NCBI GenBank assembly: GCA_021737275.1
Contig: JAIPEE010000015.1
Location: forward strand, 12,772 to 76,771
From: Desulfobacterales bacterium
Lineage (GTDB): Bacteria > Desulfobacterota > Desulfobacteria > Desulfobacterales > JAIPEE01
Direction of reading: 5' to 3'
DNA length: 64,000 bases
Below are positions 1 through 11,497 of this stretch, one piece after another. Numbering within the stretch: the first letter of the stretch is position 1; each line of letters begins with the position of its first letter. The translations under genes and the position numbers were made by a program. Under the pieces are notes generated by a model. It was not told the DNA's origin, searched no databases, and saw only the letters and a program-made list of their open reading frames with translations.

Positions 1-1
1 T

Positions 2-466
2 ATTCAGCTTCGTGAAAAACAGAAAGTAAGAAGAATGTACGGTCTTTCTGAGAAGCAATTTCGCCAGAATTATGTAAAGGCGGATCGTCAGAAAGGTATT
101 GCCGGTACAAATCTTCTTGTCCTGCTTGAACGACGCCTTGATAACATTGTTTACCGTCTGGGATTTGTAAATTCCCGTACTCAGGGAAGGCATTTCGCAC
201 GTCACAACCACTTTACCGTTAATGGTAAAAAGGTTAATATCCCATCGTATAATGTAAAGGTGGGAGATGTAATTGAGGTTAAAGAAAAAAGCAGAAATGT
301 TCAGGCTATAAATGATTCGCTTGATGCTGTTGTTCGCCGAGGGATTCCGCAATGGCTTGATCTTGAAAAAGATAAGATGAAGGGTGTAGTTAAGAGTTTT
401 CCAGAACGTGAAGATATTACAATGCCGATTCAGGAGCAGCTTATTATTGAGCTTTACTCCAAGTAA
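2..466 (+). CDS. rpsD: 30S ribosomal protein S4, 5'-truncated by the window edge
   Basis: The frame is open from nt 2 (IQLREKQKVRRMYGLSEKQFRQNY...). S4 RNA-binding domain motifs are present (LERRLDNIVYRLGF, HFTVNGKKVNIPSY). rpoA and rplQ follow, as in the conserved alpha operon. Confidence 0.93.
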   Translation: MQLREKQKVRRMYGLSEKQFRQNYVKADRQKGIAGTNLLVLLERRLDNIVYRLGFVNSRTQGRHFARHNHFTVNGKKVNIPSYNVKVGDVIEVKEKSRNVQAINDSLDAVVRRGIPQWLDLEKDKMKGVVKSFPEREDITMPIQEQLIIELYSK

Positions 467-539
467 TAACTGAAATATGGGCAACTGAAACTGAAAGAAT
501 AAACGCTAACATCTTCTGAAAAAAACTGGAGAAAAATAT

Positions 540-1559
540 ATGTCATCAGATGAACTTATGTACATGAACTGGCAGCAAATGATTAGTCCTGAAAAGGTTC
601 AGGTCACGTCTACGCCTTCTTACGGCAAGTTCGTTTGTGAACCGCTTGAAAGAGGCTACGGAATTACAATGGGTAATTCTCTGAGGCGCATAATCCTCTC
701 GTCTCTTTATGGTGCAGCCGTTGTGTCTATCAAGTTTGAAACAGTAATGCACGAATTTAGTACAATTCCAGGTGTTATGGAAGATGTTTCCGAACTTATA
801 CTTAATATCAAAGCAATTAATTTCAAGGTTGATGATTCGGAACCTAAGACATTGTATATAGATAAAAAAGGCCCTGGTGTAGTAACTGCTTCTGATATAT
901 TAAGTGAAGACGGTAAGGCTGAAGTCATTAATAAGGATAATTATATTGCCACACTCACCGAAGAAGGTGAGCTTAAGATGTCAATGACGGTCAAACTCGG
1001 AAAGGGCTATTCCCTTTCAGAAGCAAACAAAGATGATGAAGCGCCCGTGGGAACTATTCCGATCGATGCTGTTTTTTCTCCCATAAAGCGCGTTAATTAT
1101 GTTGTCAGTAATGCACGTGTTGGTCAGAATACTGATTATGACAAGTTGACCCTTGAAGTTTGGACTGACGGAACTATAAAACCTGAAGATTCTGTTGCTT
1201 ATGCTGCAAAAATATTGAAGGAACAGATGACGATCTTTATCAACTTTGATGAAGATGTTGAGCCTGAACCCGGTAAGAAAACCGAAGAGAAGGGTGGACC
1301 GTCATTTAATGAAAATCTATATCGAAGTGTTGAAGAGCTTGAGTTATCTGTTAGAAGTGCAAACTGTCTTAAGAATGCAAACATCCTTAAGCTTTATCAA
1401 CTGGTTCAGAAAACTGAATCAGAGATGCTCAAAACAAAGAACTTTGGCCGTAAATCATTAAATGAAATCAAAGATGTTTTGGTTGAAATGGGCCTATCTC
1501 TTGGTATGTCACTGGAAGGCTTTAAGGCCCCAGAAGAAGATGCTGTGGAAGGAGAGTAA
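540..1559 (+). CDS. rpoA: DNA-directed RNA polymerase subunit alpha
   Basis: 339-aa ORF with N-terminal assembly domain motifs ([23 protein letters not shown]) and the alpha-CTD ([30 protein letters not shown]). GGAG lies 8 nt upstream of the ATG. Confidence 0.97.
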   Translation: MSSDELMYMNWQQMISPEKVQVTSTPSYGKFVCEPLERGYGITMGNSLRRIILSSLYGAAVVSIKFETVMHEFSTIPGVMEDVSELILNIKAINFKVDDSEPKTLYIDKKGPGVVTASDILSEDGKAEVINKDNYIATLTEEGELKMSMTVKLGKGYSLSEANKDDEAPVGTIPIDAVFSPIKRVNYVVSNARVGQNTDYDKLTLEVWTDGTIKPEDSVAYAAKILKEQMTIFINFDEDVEPEPGKKTEEKGGPSFNENLYRSVEELELSVRSANCLKNANILKLYQLVQKTESEMLKTKNFGRKSLNEIKDVLVEMGLSLGMSLEGFKAPEEDAVEGE

Positions 1560-1567
1560 TTAGTTAA

Positions 1568-2143
1568 ATGAGACACCAAAAATCCGGTTTAAAATTAAAT
1601 ATGACCAGTAGCCACAAGAAGGCTATGTTTAGAAATATGGTAACTTCCCTGCTTAAGCATGACCGTATCCAAACAACATCGGCTAAGGCAAAAGAGCTTA
1701 GGGGTTGGGCTGATCATGTGATTACACTTGCAAAACGCGGTGATCTGCATGCCCGTCGTCAGGCTCTTGCCATTGTCAGGGAAAAAGAAGTCGTTTATAA
1801 ACTTTTTGATGAAGCTCAGAAACGTTTCGGTAGTACATCCGGCGGATATACAAGATTAATTAAGGTTGGATTTCGCCCGGGTGATAAGGCACCGGTAACA
1901 ATGGTTGAGCTTATCTCTGTTGAAAAGGCACCGAAAAAGAAAAAGGTTACCGGCAAAAAAGCTGCTAAGAAAGTTGAAGCCGTTAAACCTGTAGAAGAGA
2001 CTAAAGCTGTGGAGCAGGAAGAGAAAGTTGAAGAACACGCAGAAGAAGCCGAAGAAGTGAAAGCTAAAGAAGCGGTAGCACCTGAAGCCGACGCTACTGC
2101 TGAAGAGACTCCTTCAGAGCAAGAGGAAGAGAAAAAAGAATAA
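1568..2143 (+). CDS. rplQ: 50S ribosomal protein L17 with a Lys/Glu-rich C-terminal extension
   Basis: [24 protein letters not shown]... is the canonical L17 N-terminus. The core ends near residue 120 and about 70 low-complexity residues follow. Confidence 0.95.
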   Translation: MRHQKSGLKLNMTSSHKKAMFRNMVTSLLKHDRIQTTSAKAKELRGWADHVITLAKRGDLHARRQALAIVREKEVVYKLFDEAQKRFGSTSGGYTRLIKVGFRPGDKAPVTMVELISVEKAPKKKKVTGKKAAKKVEAVKPVEETKAVEQEEKVEEHAEEAEEVKAKEAVAPEADATAEETPSEQEEEKKE

Positions 2144-2167
2144 TTCCTCTGATCAAAAAGATAATAT

Positions 2168-2197
2168 GGCTCTGCCGGTTTCGGCAGAGCCTTTTTT
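2168..2197 (+). terminator. Rho-independent terminator of the alpha operon
   Basis: Perfect 10-bp GC-rich stem ggctctgccg/cggcagagcc with a 4-nt loop, followed by TTTTTT, 25 nt after the rplQ stop. Confidence 0.8.
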
Positions 2198-2313
2198 ATA
2201 GATTGAAACTATCAATTAAGGCTGGATAAAGGCGTCTGGCAGATTAAGCGATGAAGACAATTTGTAAATCAGTCTCTACTATAAAGATTAATATTTATTC
2301 TTACTAAATATTT

Positions 2314-3405
2314 TTACTTTGAAAAACTGATGATGTTTGTAGAAACATTTCCCTGCTTATAGCTTGTCTCATCCTTTTTTTTCTTGCTTTTTTCTTTATA
2401 TAACCGTTCATCTGCTTTTTTGATAAGCTTCGCAGGCGTATCCATATCAGGTTCAGATGTTGTGGAAATCCCGCAGCTGAAAGATACGGGGATCGTTTTT
2501 GATTTATTGCGAAGAGGGCTTTTATTAATATTATCGCGAAGCCTGTTTATAAGGTTGTCAGCATTTTTAAAATCAGTTTCAGGAAGAACTAGGACGAACT
2601 CATCACCTGCATATCGAGCAGCAATATCTGTTTCGCGGCAAACGTTAAGGAGATTTTTTGAAAAGTAGACAAGTAACTCATCACCAAAATCATGGCCATA
2701 ATTATCATTAACCGGTTTGAAATTATCAAGATCAATGAAGAGCAGGGAGATGATGTTTGAATAACGATTTGATCGAACTAATTCTCTTTTCAATGCAGAG
2801 TCCAGTGCCCTGCGGTTTAGAAGACCGGTAAGCGGATCCTGATATGCAAGGAGACGGAGTTTTTCATGTGCCGTTACATTTGAAATACACAACGAAACCT
2901 TCATGGCGAGGCGTTCAAGAAGCGATGTATCCATACCGGGTTTAAATCTGTTTTCATTCATATCGCCCTGGTTAAGGCTGCCAATCAGTTTTCCATCAAA
3001 ATAGATAGGAACCATCGCAATTGACTTGATAAAGTATTTTTTTTGATCTGGAAAGAGCTTATAATAATCCCTAAGATCTTCATTGACCAATAATGGTTCG
3101 GAATCAATACCAATAAGTTCCTGCAGTGAATCAATATCAATAATATTCATTTTTCCACTCACAACATCAGACATTTCAAGGTACTTTATCAGATTTGATG
3201 CTTCACTGTTTTCAATAAGTGAAATCCAGACATAAGGAACATTGAATGTGTCCTGAATAGATCCCAGAAGTGTTTCAAAAAGATCCCTATAGTTCAGAAT
3301 AGAAAGGAATTTTGCTTCAACATCATGAAATTTTCTGGTTATTTCCTCATTTTCCTTAAGTCGTTCAAGGATAATCTTGATGTCATGAATTGTATTAATC
3401 TTCAT
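2314..3405 (-). CDS. Diguanylate cyclase (GGDEF domain, AGDEF variant) with an N-terminal GAF-like sensor region
   Basis: C-terminal LTGLLNRRAL...FIDLDNFKPVNDNYGHDFGDELL...RYAGDEFVLVL, with RETD (an RxxD I-site) 5 residues before AGDEF. Confidence 0.85.
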   Translation of the reverse strand: MKINTIHDIKIILERLKENEEITRKFHDVEAKFLSILNYRDLFETLLGSIQDTFNVPYVWISLIENSEASNLIKYLEMSDVVSGKMNIIDIDSLQELIGIDSEPLLVNEDLRDYYKLFPDQKKYFIKSIAMVPIYFDGKLIGSLNQGDMNENRFKPGMDTSLLERLAMKVSLCISNVTAHEKLRLLAYQDPLTGLLNRRALDSALKRELVRSNRYSNIISLLFIDLDNFKPVNDNYGHDFGDELLVYFSKNLLNVCRETDIAARYAGDEFVLVLPETDFKNADNLINRLRDNINKSPLRNKSKTIPVSFSCGISTTSEPDMDTPAKLIKKADERLYKEKSKKKKDETSYKQGNVSTNIISFSK

Positions 3406-3651
3406 AATTTTTTTTAACCCTGAATTTGAACTGATTGTTTAAGAGGTAATAGTAAATGTTTAGTTTTCTTGCAATAAAAAAGTGACTTTCTTTAATTTCA
3501 TCATAAATAGAAATTTTACAATGCCCGATAGTTCTTTCTGTTTATATTAACTAATACTTGACAGATTTTGAAAATTTTGGTCTTATAAACACTTGAATTT
3601 TTTGAGGTTAATTGGGGCTTAACATCAGACCTATATTTTAATGAGGAGGAT

Positions 3652-4734
3652 ATGAAGATGAGAAGGATTTTACTGCTTGCAGCACTTATGTTGTGTGTTT
3701 GCGGAATTATAACCAGCTCTGCACTGGCTGGTGCACCATCACTTGATACATGGAAGGCCGATTTTGACCCTTCAGGCGCAAAGTATAAATGTATCGTTTC
3801 CAATGTTTCTCACCCGGTTATCAAGGGCGTTTATGCCGGTTTTGCAATTCGCGATGAACTGTGGAAACGTTCCAACGGTCAGATTTATATTGATTTCAAG
3901 CCTTTTTCCATGCTTGGTGGAGAAGTTGAAGTCCTCAATCAGCTCCAGATGGGTGCTATCCAAGGTATGGCTGTTAGTTCTGTTGCGGCAACAAATCTGG
4001 GTCCGCGTTTTGGTATGATCAATCTGCCATTTCTTGTAAATTCTTTTGATAAACTTGATAAATTTGTAGCCGGCGGCGAACTGTTTGACCACTTCATGAA
4101 TGCAATGGATCATCAGGGCATTATGGGCATGGATATTACCTGTTATGGTAATTATGGTTGGGCAACAACCACACCGGTTAGAACTATAGCCGATGCAAAA
4201 AAAGTAAAATTCCGTATTGCTGAAGCAGCTGTAAATAAACTCCTCTACACAGAATGGGGTTTCAACCCTGTCGTTATGCCCTGGCCGGATGTACCGGTTT
4301 CCCTGAAACAGGGTGTTATTACCGGTCTTGATCATACACCGACTGTTTGTAATATAACCAAAAAGTTTGAAGTTGCAAAATATTATACGCAGATTAACTA
4401 TGCTCAGGGGCTGTTTATCTGGATTTTCAACAAAGCCTGGTTTAACAGCCTTCCTGAAGATCTTCAGGTGATTTTCAAAGAAACGGTTAACGATGTTTGT
4501 GCTCAGATCCGTAAAGAGGGCAGACAGCAGGAAGCGGAACAGATTGCAAAAGCAAAAGAAAATGGAATTGAATTCTTTAATCTTTCCGATGCTGAAATGG
4601 CACAGTTGAGAAAACAGGGTGATGTTGCCCACCAGAAGTATGCTGAAGAGATTAATAAGCTTTATAAGGGTGATTCCTACCGGCCTGAAAACTTTCTTAA
4701 GGAAGTTCAGACGTATATGGCGTATCAGCCCTGA
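3652..4734 (+). CDS. TRAP transporter substrate-binding protein (DctP family)
   Basis: Signal peptide (MKMRRILLLAALMLCVCG...ALA) and DctP-like length and motifs. The small and large TRAP permeases follow directly. Confidence 0.85.
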   Translation: MKMRRILLLAALMLCVCGIITSSALAGAPSLDTWKADFDPSGAKYKCIVSNVSHPVIKGVYAGFAIRDELWKRSNGQIYIDFKPFSMLGGEVEVLNQLQMGAIQGMAVSSVAATNLGPRFGMINLPFLVNSFDKLDKFVAGGELFDHFMNAMDHQGIMGMDITCYGNYGWATTTPVRTIADAKKVKFRIAEAAVNKLLYTEWGFNPVVMPWPDVPVSLKQGVITGLDHTPTVCNITKKFEVAKYYTQINYAQGLFIWIFNKAWFNSLPEDLQVIFKETVNDVCAQIRKEGRQQEAEQIAKAKENGIEFFNLSDAEMAQLRKQGDVAHQKYAEEINKLYKGDSYRPENFLKEVQTYMAYQP

Positions 4735-4755
4735 GGTGGTTTCTATAAAAACTGA

Positions 4756-4790
4756 GGGAGCTTTGGCAGATGCTCGAGCTCCCTTTATTT
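4756..4790 (+). terminator. Intercistronic hairpin plus T-tract (partial terminator/attenuator) between the TRAP binding-protein and permease genes
   Basis: gggagct (4756-4762) pairs with agctccc (4777-4783) around a 14-nt loop, followed by tttattt. Confidence 0.45.
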
Positions 4791-4823
4791 GTAAGTAAAT
4801 TATTTAAAATAAAAAAGAAGTTC

Positions 4824-5327
4824 ATGATTGGGAAAATATTAAAAGTAATTGATAAGGTACTGACCTTTTTTGAAGAGTGGACACTCTTTATAACAGTGAT
4901 GGTTGCTCTATTGTCACTGTTTGTTAATGTTGTGATGCGGTATATTTTTAACTACTCTCTTTCATGGTCAGAAGAGCTGGTCCGTGAAGTTATTATATAT
5001 ACGACTCTCATCGGTTGCAGTGCGGCCATTAAAAATCGCTCCATGATCAAAATTGATGCGGTTGTTCAACTTGTTCCCGGACTTAAAAAGCCGCTCACTT
5101 ATTTCAGCCATTTAATGACTATAATTTTTTCAGGTATGATGATCTATTACGGCTGGAAAATGGTATTGCTCCAGATAATGACCAGTCAGAAAACAATTAT
5201 TCTACAGATACCGCTGGCATATCTTTATTCAATCCTGCCTGTGATGGGCATAATGATGTTATTGAGAACAATCCATGTTCTCCATCAGGATTATACTGAA
5301 GCACACGACAAAAAGCAGCAGGCGTAA
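4824..5327 (+). CDS. TRAP transporter small permease (DctQ family)
   Basis: Four predicted TM helices in about 167 aa, located between the DctP-like and DctM-like genes. The ATG at 4824 is preferred because the 4770 ATG lies inside the hairpin loop. Confidence 0.8.
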   Translation: MIGKILKVIDKVLTFFEEWTLFITVMVALLSLFVNVVMRYIFNYSLSWSEELVREVIIYTTLIGCSAAIKNRSMIKIDAVVQLVPGLKKPLTYFSHLMTIIFSGMMIYYGWKMVLLQIMTSQKTIILQIPLAYLYSILPVMGIMMLLRTIHVLHQDYTEAHDKKQQA

Positions 5328-5341
5328 GGAGATTCGTTAAA

Positions 5342-6634
5342 ATGGAGTTAAGTCATATCATAATCCTGTTAATCCTCCTTGGTGCCATGGCCGCTTATGT
5401 GCCTGTGTTTATGTGCCTCTTTTTTACTTCCGTTGCCGGATTCCTGGTTTTTACGGATCTTCCACTTTTACTTCTGGCGCAAAGCCTTTTTCGAAGTCTG
5501 GATAAATTTGCACTGGTTGTCGTGCTGTTTTTTATACTCTGCGGTAATATCATGACCGCCGGGTCTATTGTGGAAAAACTGATTAAGGTAGCCAATGCGT
5601 TGGTTAGCTGGCTGCCCGGTGGGTTGGGTATGGCCGGTATTCTGGCCTGTGGCCTGTTTGGTGCCATTTCCGGTTCTACCGTTGCCACAGTTGTAGCTCT
5701 TGGTGGATTCATGATTCCCGCACTTCTCGATAATGGCTATCCGGAAAAATATACTCTGGGGTTGATGACAACATCACCCAACCTGGGCGTAATAATACCG
5801 CCCAGTATCGGCATGATTCTTTTCAGTATGATCAGTAATGTTTCTCTTGAAGGCCTTTTTCTGACCGGTTTTTTACCAGGGGTCATGATCATGCTGATTA
5901 CCTGCGTATACTCTTATTTCTTTTTCAGAAAAAAAACTGAAATAGTAAGAATGCCTGTACCTACTTTTATGGAGACACTCATTGTACTAAAAGAAGGTTT
6001 CTGGTCCCTGATGCTGATTGTTATAATATTCGGCGGAATTTTTTCGGGGGCTTTTACAGCAAATGAAGCCGCTGTAGTGGCCTGTGTTTATGCTTTTGTT
6101 GTCGAAATCTTTATCCATAAATCATTGAAATTTAAAGATGTTAAAAAAATAACCGTAAGCTCAGCAGTTACTTCTGCTACGCTTCTGATTATTGTTGCCG
6201 GTGCCACCTGTTTTGGCCGCTATCTTACGTTGGAAGATATCCCCGGTAAAATTACAGAAGCCGTACTTTACAGTATCCAGTCACCGGTTGTTTTTCTGCT
6301 GGCCATGAACATTATGCTTCTTGTGGTTGGCATGTTTATGGATATTATTTCTGCCACACTTATCCTCGGGCCGGTATTTTTGCCGATGCTCGGTGCGTTC
6401 AATATCGATCCACTTCATTTCGGTCTGATTATGACGGTTAACCTTGCCATTGGTTACTGTACACCACCAATGGGCGTCAGCCTCTATATTACCGGTGCAA
6501 TAGCCAATAGAGATATTATATATGTTTCCAAAGCTGTTCTGCCGTTTATCATTATCCAGATAGCAGTATTGCTCATTATTACCTATATGCCGGGTCTTGT
6601 CCTCTGGTTACCGAAGGTGATGGGTTTTGTCTGA
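5342..6634 (+). CDS. TRAP transporter large permease (DctM family)
   Basis: 430-aa polytopic membrane protein with DctM-like motifs (GNIMTAGSIVEKL, GAISGSTVATV, PPSIGMILF). Confidence 0.9.
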   Translation: MELSHIIILLILLGAMAAYVPVFMCLFFTSVAGFLVFTDLPLLLLAQSLFRSLDKFALVVVLFFILCGNIMTAGSIVEKLIKVANALVSWLPGGLGMAGILACGLFGAISGSTVATVVALGGFMIPALLDNGYPEKYTLGLMTTSPNLGVIIPPSIGMILFSMISNVSLEGLFLTGFLPGVMIMLITCVYSYFFFRKKTEIVRMPVPTFMETLIVLKEGFWSLMLIVIIFGGIFSGAFTANEAAVVACVYAFVVEIFIHKSLKFKDVKKITVSSAVTSATLLIIVAGATCFGRYLTLEDIPGKITEAVLYSIQSPVVFLLAMNIMLLVVGMFMDIISATLILGPVFLPMLGAFNIDPLHFGLIMTVNLAIGYCTPPMGVSLYITGAIANRDIIYVSKAVLPFIIIQIAVLLIITYMPGLVLWLPKVMGFV

Positions 6635-6717
6635 TGTAGTATTCATTTATAAAAGAATAATTTTAAACTACGTTGTTAAAGAGATGACAATTTTTGGTAA
6701 TGTGATTTTTACCACCC

Positions 6718-7134
6718 TCAATCGTCACTTTTGGGTGAAGAACTCTTTTTTAATTTTTTTTCAAGCTCTGCAAAAAGTGATTTTTTCTTTTCATCCTGTT
6801 GGGCCTTAAATGATTCAACTTTTTGGGTCAAATCTTTTCTGGAGTCCTGAAATTTTTTCAGGGCTTCATCCAGCTTACTTTCGGTTTGATTCTGAGGAAT
6901 ATCCTCAAGTTTTAGATGGTCCTTAATAAAGAGACGTATCCCATAGCTGCCTTCTACTGCAGAGATGATTTCCATTTCCACGAGCTTTCTGATCATGAGA
7001 GATGTCTGTTCGGGAGAGAAGGAAAGCGCTTCTGAAAGATCCTCATCAGAGGGCGGTCGTTTTTGTTGATACTCAAGTACACGGATTGCGGATACAACGA
7101 GGTGTGCCTGATAATAAATTTTTGTTCCTTCCAT
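6718..7134 (-). CDS. Hypothetical protein, possible winged-helix N-terminus with a charged coiled-coil tail
   Basis: ORF with normal composition. The start was chosen at MEGTKIYYQ. No family was recognised. Confidence 0.45.
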   Translation of the reverse strand: MEGTKIYYQAHLVVSAIRVLEYQQKRPPSDEDLSEALSFSPEQTSLMIRKLVEMEIISAVEGSYGIRLFIKDHLKLEDIPQNQTESKLDEALKKFQDSRKDLTQKVESFKAQQDEKKKSLFAELEKKLKKSSSPKSDD

Positions 7135-7311
7135 GTTAATCCGCCAAAAAAAGAAGTTAATATTCAATAAAATTGGATCAGTTTACGGAATAAAACCTGT
7201 TTCAATAATAAATATAAATATATAAAATTTATAGCTATATAAACTAAAAAAAATAAAAATGCAATGCAAGATGAGCGTCAGAAAAAGCACATTCTGAAAG
7301 ATGTTCATTAC

Positions 7312-8687
<1,376 letters not shown>

Positions 8688-8718
8688 TATTGAAAATAGT
8701 TAGAATGCAAAGATTAAA

Positions 8719-8750
8719 ACAGGCGCCCAGGGATGCGTGAAAGCGCCTGT
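8719..8750 (+). terminator. Hairpin downstream of eno (possible terminator, no clear U-tract)
   Basis: acaggcgc (8719-8726) pairs with gcgcctgt (8743-8750). Confidence 0.3.
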
Positions 8751-8833
8751 ATTATAATGATAATTGACAGTTGAGTTTACTTATTTTTTGTAATAGACAT
8801 GATACAACAATTTTATGTCCATGTAATTAACAT

Positions 8834-9754
8834 ATGCTACAAACTTTTAAACGTACACGAATAGACCATACAATAAAAAATAGACCGGAAGACTCCCCGC
8901 GGCCGGCCGTCGGGAGTCTCTTTTTGCCTGCCGTTTGTGTAAGTATTTTTATTGGGTTGTTTTTATCTGCTACTGCTTCAGCATATGTTCTGTCGGGTTC
9001 ACATCTCCTTGATCGGATGACAAAAAAAATTCAAACCGCTAAAAGTTTGTTGGTTAAGCAACAGCAGATTTTTTATGGTCCGATACAAGAAGAAAATCAT
9101 CAGGGTCAGGTTGTTATTGAAGAGACGTTAAGGTATGTTGTTCCCGGAAAATTCAGAGCAGAAATCAGTAACGAACAAATACAGCGGGTTCATGTTGTTT
9201 CAGGAGGTGACGTGCTGACAGCAATTGACGGCAGTGTTGCCATAAATGCTGAAAGCCTTTTTGATTATTATAAAGATCTGTTTCTTTATAGATCTCGGGA
9301 TTTTCTTGAATACCATCTTCTGAGACTGGGTGTTGATGTAAATGTATCAAGCTTTGGGCGGTTTGAAGGAAAACCGGCATATGTTATCGGTGCCCAATAT
9401 CCTGATGAGTCGGTTTCCCAGCTTTGGATTGAAAAAGAATCCTTTTTACCGTTCAGGTGGATTATTTCAGAAAAGGGCTCGCTTTTTGAAGTACGTTATC
9501 TGAATTGGGGTAAGTTTGAAAAATCTTTTTATCCCATGCGGATAGAGTTTTATGATAATGAAAAAATTGTTCGTGCAATAAAGGTTACCACTGTTGAACT
9601 AAACAGCAATTTTCCGGAAGGGTTCTTTGATGTCAATTATCTAAAGACTCTTTATCAGCCTGCTGAAAAAGTGCCGACAACAGAAAATAGCTCTGATGAA
9701 GCGTTGAGTGAAATCCAGCAGGCAATTGAAGATTTTAAAAAACGATATAAGTAA
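8834..9754 (+). CDS. Hypothetical membrane-anchored or exported protein
   Basis: 306-aa ORF with an N-terminal hydrophobic anchor (LFLPAVCVSIFIGLFLSATASA). A LolA/RseB-like fold is only a guess. Confidence 0.45.
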   Translation: MLQTFKRTRIDHTIKNRPEDSPRPAVGSLFLPAVCVSIFIGLFLSATASAYVLSGSHLLDRMTKKIQTAKSLLVKQQQIFYGPIQEENHQGQVVIEETLRYVVPGKFRAEISNEQIQRVHVVSGGDVLTAIDGSVAINAESLFDYYKDLFLYRSRDFLEYHLLRLGVDVNVSSFGRFEGKPAYVIGAQYPDESVSQLWIEKESFLPFRWIISEKGSLFEVRYLNWGKFEKSFYPMRIEFYDNEKIVRAIKVTTVELNSNFPEGFFDVNYLKTLYQPAEKVPTTENSSDEALSEIQQAIEDFKKRYK

Positions 9755-9797
9755 TTGTTATATGACGACATTGGTTAAATTCCGCTTATATTTTTGA

Positions 9798-11492
<1,695 letters not shown>

Positions 11493-11497
11493 TATTT

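Noticed and set aside
35-466. rpsD as a complete 143-aa gene starting at the ATG at 35
   Set aside because: The frame is open back to nt 2 and the upstream residues (IQLREKQKVRR) match the S4 interior. The gene is truncated by the window edge.
3772-4632. 286-aa ORF antisense to the TRAP substrate-binding protein gene
   Set aside because: It is fully embedded opposite a gene with clear family identity. The translated sequence is low-complexity and Phe/Ile/Asn/Cys-rich with no motifs. This is typical of a shadow ORF.
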